From assembly GCA_041661895.1 (NCBI GenBank), contig JBAZTN010000001.1, positions 1 to 46,207 of the forward strand: a stretch of DNA of 46,207 bases, given 5' to 3'. Source of the DNA: Methylobacter sp. (GTDB taxonomy: Bacteria; Pseudomonadota; Gammaproteobacteria; Methylococcales; Methylomonadaceae). Shown here piece by piece: positions 40,724 to 46,207 of the stretch (its first letter is position 1; every line of letters starts with the position of its first letter). Below the pieces are notes generated by a model. It worked only from the letters and a program-made list of their open reading frames with translations. It was not told the origin of the DNA and did not search any database. The position numbers were made by a program, and so were the translations under genes.

Positions 40724-41959
40724 TTATTCAGATATTAAATCTATACGGCTGACAATCGCGCTGGACGCCAATTCCAAGGCTGTTTTATATAACTGACAGG
40801 CCTTGTTGGCATTGCCTTGTGAAGCCAATAAATCTCCCAGTAATTGATAAGCCTGAACGGTAGGTTCAATTGCGATACTTTTGGATAAATAGTTTTCCGC
40901 TTTTTGGGAGTCAGAACATTTAATGCTCAACTTGCCCAGAACGCTTAGCAACACAGCATCCCTGGGATATATCGAAAGCCAGTGCTCAGCCATTTCAAGC
41001 TGCCTGTCGACATCAACCGTCTGGACACTGCCAAACAATACCAACAGCGTCTGATCCCAGTGTGTCGACAAGGCTCTGGTCAATGCATCTTCTATTTTTG
41101 CACCTGCGCCAACATCAATCATGGCGGCAAAATAGATAGCCGAAACGCCTGGCACACTTTGTATGTAATCAGGAATTTCAGACCATAACTTTTCAATTTC
41201 TGCGACATCGCCTCTTTCAGCAGCCAGTTTTAACAATTCACTGAATGCTTCCGTCTCCAGCAGCTTTATCTCTGCTTCCATCAAAACTTTATTATTGTTC
41301 AATGATGGAATCAGTTTTCGGATGCCTTCCCAATCACCGACATGCTGATAGGCCTGATGCAATAATTTTAGAACACTAGCGTGAGTTGGATCTATGGAAT
41401 GCAAGCGGGTCAGCGTTTCCAGCGCTTGCTCAAACTGCTTCCCTGATAAATGCAATTCCGCCTGAGTCAGGCCTATCGCCACATCAGAACCCGGCGCCTG
41501 ATCAGCGGCTTTTTGCAAATATTCATCCCTTTTATCAAAGGCTCCGCGGGATTGCGCTGCTCTTGCTGCAGTCAAGTAATGTATCAACGGCGCGCCACTA
41601 TGAGATGCGTGCTTAATCAATACTTTTTCCGCTTTTTCCCAGTTACCTTCCGCAGAATCCACCAAGCCGACAATCAAGGCTTCTTGAGAACGGTTAAATT
41701 TGACGTCTTTCCCACGACTTTTAATTTTGCCCGGCAATCTGAACAGCCAGCCCAGTAATCTGAAAAATACATAAAATACAAAAAAACTAATGATCAGAGT
41801 AACTGCAAAAACAATCAACGATGTTTCTAAGGACCAATGCCCTATGCCAATCAGAACGTAGCCGGGATTCTCAAATCCACCCAGCCATTTATTAGCGCCA
41901 AAAGCAGCTGCAACAGCAACAGTAAGCAAACCCAGAAAATAAAGTATCTTTTTCATCAT
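40724..41959 (-). CDS. hemY: HemY (heme-biosynthesis-associated TPR membrane protein)
   Basis: PGYVLI..WSLETSL N-domain, TPR-like helices; hemCDXY synteny. Confidence 0.92.
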   Translation of the reverse strand: MMKKILYFLGLLTVAVAAAFGANKWLGGFENPGYVLIGIGHWSLETSLIVFAVTLIISFFVFYVFFRLLGWLFRLPGKIKSRGKDVKFNRSQEALIVGLVDSAEGNWEKAEKVLIKHASHSGAPLIHYLTAARAAQSRGAFDKRDEYLQKAADQAPGSDVAIGLTQAELHLSGKQFEQALETLTRLHSIDPTHASVLKLLHQAYQHVGDWEGIRKLIPSLNNNKVLMEAEIKLLETEAFSELLKLAAERGDVAEIEKLWSEIPDYIQSVPGVSAIYFAAMIDVGAGAKIEDALTRALSTHWDQTLLVLFGSVQTVDVDRQLEMAEHWLSIYPRDAVLLSVLGKLSIKCSDSQKAENYLSKSIAIEPTVQAYQLLGDLLASQGNANKACQLYKTALELASSAIVSRIDLISE

Positions 41960-41970
41960 ATATTCTCTGG

Positions 41971-43275
41971 CTAATGCGCTGCAGGTACTGCTTCAACTGG
42001 TTTTTCCGTCTCGACTGGCTTCACTGCTTCAGCCGGCTTTTCTGTTTCAGCTGGCTTTACTGCCTGCGTTGATTTGACTGTATCAGAGGATGGCATTGCT
42101 TTATCTGCCTCTAATCTGAGCTTGGTAATATCTCTGAGCATTTTCAAAGACAGACTGATGTCAGGGAACTGGCTGCGAATTTTAATGGCGCTGAACTTGT
42201 CCAGTTCGGCAATAAAGTTGGTTGTACCCGTGTTCTTGGCAAAATTCTGTTCAGCCCATTTTTTTGCATCCGCCAGACTAGCTAAATAAAGCGCTTCATT
42301 TTGTTGAACCAGCGCAATTTTCACCATTTCCAACTTCACTCTTAGTTGCTCACGAATAAACTGAGCCTCTTGCGGCGTTAGTATCTCTTTAATCGGATGC
42401 TCTGTATGCCGAATAGTGATCATTTCTTCCAATTGATCCATAGCAGAATCAAGCAGCTTCTTATTACCCGTTTGATCTTTGTCTTTATCCCCTGACTGCT
42501 CGTGCACTTCTTCAGGCGGGGTCAATGCTTTTCCTGAATAAGGCAAAAACAACGCTAACTTATCGACATTATCTTGCAGTGTTTGCACCGAGGAATAAAT
42601 ACCCACAACATCAGCAACGGCAATACCGCGAATGGAGGAAATTTCCTTAGCTATCTGTTCGCGTATTTTAAACGCCCCCGCATCACCGCTTTCTCTCAAT
42701 CTCTGATCCGCCGCTTCCAGTGCTTCACGGGTGGTATTAACATCGCCCATTAAATACAGGCGTTGATTGGCTATGCTTAATAGATATTCTGCATCGGCAA
42801 TTAACCAGTCACCGCGAGTCTTACCTAATTGACGCTGTACCTGCGAAATCGCGCTATTTAATTCGTTCCGCGCGCTGTCCAGTTTTTCGGTATGCAACTG
42901 GGAAAAATCCGACAGGGTTTTGGTAAAATGGGCATCCTTCCCGGCGACATTGGCTTCTACGGTTGCCAATTGGGATTGAATGGCTGCAAGTTGCGATTGA
43001 TAACCGCTGATCTGTTTTGACAACTCGATTAGCTGCATATCGCCCTTATTAACTTCACCTCCTAAATCAGCCTGCTGGGATCGCAATTGCTGAAAAAGAT
43101 AAAACCCAACGCCTGCCACACTGATAATAATGAGTAACACAATGATGCCAAACCAGAGTCCGCTACGCGACCGATGAACTTTGCCAGCAGGAGGCGGGTA
43201 AGGGGCGTCAGCAGGAGCGGATGCTTTGTTGTTTTCGCTCACATTCTGTTCTTGTTGTTCACTCAATTCGGCCAC
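41971..43275 (-). CDS. hemX: HemX membrane-anchored coiled-coil protein
   Basis: TM anchor, WLIADAEYLLSIANQRL, ALEAADQRL, LTPQEAQFIREQL. Confidence 0.92.
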   Translation of the reverse strand: MAELSEQQEQNVSENNKASAPADAPYPPPAGKVHRSRSGLWFGIIVLLIIISVAGVGFYLFQQLRSQQADLGGEVNKGDMQLIELSKQISGYQSQLAAIQSQLATVEANVAGKDAHFTKTLSDFSQLHTEKLDSARNELNSAISQVQRQLGKTRGDWLIADAEYLLSIANQRLYLMGDVNTTREALEAADQRLRESGDAGAFKIREQIAKEISSIRGIAVADVVGIYSSVQTLQDNVDKLALFLPYSGKALTPPEEVHEQSGDKDKDQTGNKKLLDSAMDQLEEMITIRHTEHPIKEILTPQEAQFIREQLRVKLEMVKIALVQQNEALYLASLADAKKWAEQNFAKNTGTTNFIAELDKFSAIKIRSQFPDISLSLKMLRDITKLRLEADKAMPSSDTVKSTQAVKPAETEKPAEAVKPVETEKPVEAVPAAH

Positions 43276-43276
43276 T

Positions 43277-44050
43277 CTATTCCCCTGTCACACACGTTAT
43301 TACTGAATCAAGAATTGCTGTATCGATAGGACTATCCGTCACAGTAATTCGATTAAATCCCATATCGGCGGCTATACGCCTGATTCTATCGCTAACTACC
43401 ACCAGGGGTATTAATAACAATAGCTTATAATTTTTTTTACCCAGCATATTAATTAAGTTTTGCAGTGCTTCAGCACTGGTCACGGTAATGACATCCAGGC
43501 GGTGCTGCGTAAGCAATTCGACAACTGGTGAGTCATCAATGTCAGGGATTATTCTTTTATATACTTCCAGATATTCAACGTTTGCGCCTCTGCTCCGCAG
43601 AGTATTTGCCAGCTCTTCACGTCCGCCTTCACCACGAACGATTAAACAGTTTTTTCCCTCGACTTGCTGTAGTTGAGGCATTGTCAGCAGCTCCTCACTG
43701 TTATAACCACTTTCAGGCACCAAATCGACGGGTAACTCGGCCATTTTCATAGCTTGCGCTGTTGACTGCCCCACTGCGGCAAAACGCACGGATTTAATGC
43801 GGTCTATTTTGCCACTATTCGCCTTTAGAGCAAAATTTACTGCATTAGCGCTAATAAAAACAACCCATTGAAACCTATCCAAATTTGCTAAGGTTTCCGT
43901 TATCTCGCTGGTGTCAGCCTGTGCAACAATATCCAGCGTTGGAAACCGAAGTGCTGTTCCTCCCTGCACTTCTATTAAACGACACAAATTTTCTGCCTGA
44001 TGCGCCGGACGCGTCACTAAAACACGCACTCCGTTCAAAACCTTATTCAA
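43277..44050 (-). CDS. hemD: Uroporphyrinogen-III synthase
   Basis: VLVTRP, FISANAV, AVGQSTA, RGEGGRE, EVYKR. Confidence 0.95.
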   Translation of the reverse strand: MNKVLNGVRVLVTRPAHQAENLCRLIEVQGGTALRFPTLDIVAQADTSEITETLANLDRFQWVVFISANAVNFALKANSGKIDRIKSVRFAAVGQSTAQAMKMAELPVDLVPESGYNSEELLTMPQLQQVEGKNCLIVRGEGGREELANTLRSRGANVEYLEVYKRIIPDIDDSPVVELLTQHRLDVITVTSAEALQNLINMLGKKNYKLLLLIPLVVVSDRIRRIAADMGFNRITVTDSPIDTAILDSVITCVTGE

Positions 44051-44065
44051 AGCTTCCGCTCCAGT

Positions 44066-45019
44066 TCACGCCCCACCTACTATTCCTGTAGGCAATGAAA
44101 AAAGCGCTTGCAGAATTTTATCTGCACCCTGGGATAGCAAGTCTTCTGCAATCAATTTGCCGATGGCTTCAGCCTGATCCAAGCCGCCTGAGCGTTCAGC
44201 CCGGTAAATCACGCTGCCATCAGGATTTCCGACTAATCCGCGCATGAAGAGTTGATTACCCTCTAGTTGCGCAAAACCGGCAATAGGCACCTGACAACCG
44301 CCATTCAACCGGGCATTCATCGCTCTTTCAGCGGCAACGCACAGACCCGTTTCACTATCATGCAACACACTCAGCATTTCATTGATTTCCGGATCATCGA
44401 CGCGACATTCTATGCCTATCGCGCCCTGCCCTATTGCTGGCAGACTGACGGATTCATCCAGACATTGCTTGATGCGCCCAGCCATGCCCAACCTTTTTAA
44501 ACCGGCTGAAGCTAGAATAATAGCGTCGTATTCCCCGGCATCCAGCTTAGCCAAACGAGTGTTGACATTGCCTCTTAACGACAATATTTCAGCATCGGGA
44601 TATTGTTCTTTAATCTGACATTGCCTGCGCAAGCTGGACGTGCCTATCCTGGCGTTATCCGGCAACTCACTTAGCGCAGCATAATGATTTGACACGAATG
44701 CATCAGTTGGATCATCCCGAGTTAAAATGGCTGCCAAGTGCAACCCTTCAGGAAACTCTACCGGCACATCTTTCATTGAATGCACGGCAATATCGGCAAA
44801 ACCCTCCAGCATGCCCTGCTCCAGTTCTTTAACAAACAAACCTTTGCCGCCAATCTTGGCTAAAGGTGCATCAAGGATCTTATCGCCCTGAGTGGTCATT
44901 TTAACCAGCTCAGCCTTCACTCCGGGGAATGTCCGCTCCAAGCGTTCTGCGACATGTTCTGCCTGCCACAACGCCAAAGGGCTCTTACGCGTTGCAATAC
45001 GAATAATTTTTTCAGCCAA
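44066..45019 (-). CDS. hemC: Hydroxymethylbilane synthase (porphobilinogen deaminase)
   Basis: [34 protein letters not shown]; probable TTG start 45019 (uncertain). Confidence 0.97.
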   Translation of the reverse strand: MAEKIIRIATRKSPLALWQAEHVAERLERTFPGVKAELVKMTTQGDKILDAPLAKIGGKGLFVKELEQGMLEGFADIAVHSMKDVPVEFPEGLHLAAILTRDDPTDAFVSNHYAALSELPDNARIGTSSLRRQCQIKEQYPDAEILSLRGNVNTRLAKLDAGEYDAIILASAGLKRLGMAGRIKQCLDESVSLPAIGQGAIGIECRVDDPEINEMLSVLHDSETGLCVAAERAMNARLNGGCQVPIAGFAQLEGNQLFMRGLVGNPDGSVIYRAERSGGLDQAEAIGKLIAEDLLSQGADKILQALFSLPTGIVGGA

Positions 45020-45316
45020 AAGAAAACCTACATTTATCATCAATAAATTATGATTATTGTAACCCGTGTAACTTAATGACGGTTAGTTGAACTTAATTTC
45101 TGTGCAGCATATACGAAGCTGCACTCTGCTCCATACAAAAGCTGCCCTACTTTTAAATTCATAAAAAGTATTTTATCTACATGGTCACTGATGCCCCTGC
45201 AGCCTTGCAGCATTTCCACTATCAGTCACCGCCAGATATAGGCAAGGAGCGTTAGCAGGAGCGAAAGTTTTAGTTGTATAATTTAATATTATCAGTTAAT
45301 TCGCATAACAAACACC

Positions 45317-46207
45317 ATGACCAACGTTAATTCCGACAAACTTTCCAGCGCCCGTTTTGCCCAAGCAACCGATGCCTTTGTTGAAGTATTTACCGCTTCT
45401 GTCGATTTTGACCAGCGCATGGCACAACAGGACATTCAGGGGTCAATCGCCCATGCCAAAATGCTTAGCTCTTGCGGCATCCTGACAGAAAAAGAGCGTG
45501 ACGATATTATTGTCGGCCTAACCCAAATCGGTCAGGAAATAGTTAACGGTGAATTTGTCTGGTCGATAAAGCAGGAAGATGTTCACATGAACATTGAAGC
45601 CCGATTAACTGATATAATCGGCATTGCCGGCAAAAAATTGCACACTGGACGCTCCCGTAATGACCAGGTAGCGACGGATATTCGCCTTTATTTGCGCAGT
45701 GAAATCAAGCAGATTACCGATCAGCTCACGCGCCTGCAAACAGCTATCCTGGATTTGGCGGAACAACATGCCGACACCATCATGCCCGGGTTCACGCATC
45801 TGCAGGTCGCCCAACCCATCACTTTCGGCCATCACCTGATGGCCTGGTTTGAAATGTTGAGCCGCGACCGGGAAAGACTGCAAGATTGCTGCAAACGCAT
45901 CAATATCATGCCCTTGGGAGCGGCGGCTTTAGCCGGAACCAGTTACCCTATCGACCGCCAGATGACTTCTGATTTGCTCGGCTTTAGCCGACCCTCGGCC
46001 AATTCACTGGATTCGGTCAGTGACCGTGATTTTGCGATTGAGTTTGCTGCGGCTGGCAGCCTGATCATGATGCATTTATCGCGTTTTTCCGAAGAACTGA
46101 TCCTGTGGTCCAGCGCCCAGTTTGACTTTATCGAGATGCCAGATGCCTTTTGTACCGGCTCCTCGATTATGCCACAAAAGAAAAACCCCGACGTACCCGA
46201 ACTGGTG
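45317..46207 (+). CDS. argH: Argininosuccinate lyase (3'-truncated by window; absent from ORF track)
   Basis: [14 protein letters not shown]...[37 protein letters not shown]. Confidence 0.97.
   Translation, partial: MTNVNSDKLSSARFAQATDAFVEVFTASVDFDQRMAQQDIQGSIAHAKMLSSCGILTEKERDDIIVGLTQIGQEIVNGEFVWSIKQEDVHMNIEARLTDIIGIAGKKLHTGRSRNDQVATDIRLYLRSEIKQITDQLTRLQTAILDLAEQHADTIMPGFTHLQVAQPITFGHHLMAWFEMLSRDRERLQDCCKRINIMPLGAAALAGTSYPIDRQMTSDLLGFSRPSANSLDSVSDRDFAIEFAAAGSLIMMHLSRFSEELILWSSAQFDFIEMPDAFCTGSSIMPQKKNPDVPELV

Noticed and set aside
45181-45255. 24-codon ORF as an arginine attenuator leader for argH
   Set aside because: Only one Arg codon, no SD, and no terminator/antiterminator pair

Overview
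A mostly core-genome window from a gammaproteobacterium. A Methylococcales-type methylotroph (e.g. Methylobacter-like) is my inference from pqqABCDE, a CIRCE-controlled groESL and the repeat style; no methane-oxidation gene is present to confirm it. Gene order: mrdA(3' end)-rodA-mltB-rlpA-dacA-dat-ybeD-lipB-lipA; groEL-groES with a perfect CIRCE; moeB; a 68-aa membrane protein; pqqA (below the ORF-track cutoff)-pqqBCDE; ubiX-pip; an outer-membrane beta-barrel; thiO-pyrD; pmbA-tldD-BamC-like lipoprotein-nitrilase-yhdP-rng-maf-rlmH; panD-panC-panB-folK-pcnB; an unannotated 59-aa membrane protein plus an RDD protein; prlC-ubiD; an AT-rich islet with one secreted protein; hemY-hemX-hemD-hemC; argH (5' part). 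I see no transposase, CRISPR, rRNA or tRNA. The most unusual content is intergenic. (1) A ~60-bp triple-hairpin element occurs twice, each time inserted at the loop/3'-arm junction of a different REP hairpin; one copy has a clean 3-bp target duplication, and the copies differ by a compensatory base-pair change. (2) A ~65-bp double-hairpin direct repeat flanks folK and abuts the start codons of both folK and panB. (3) Both families tend to carry GGA in their hairpin loops on one strand. pcnB appears to start at a non-canonical ATT codon.
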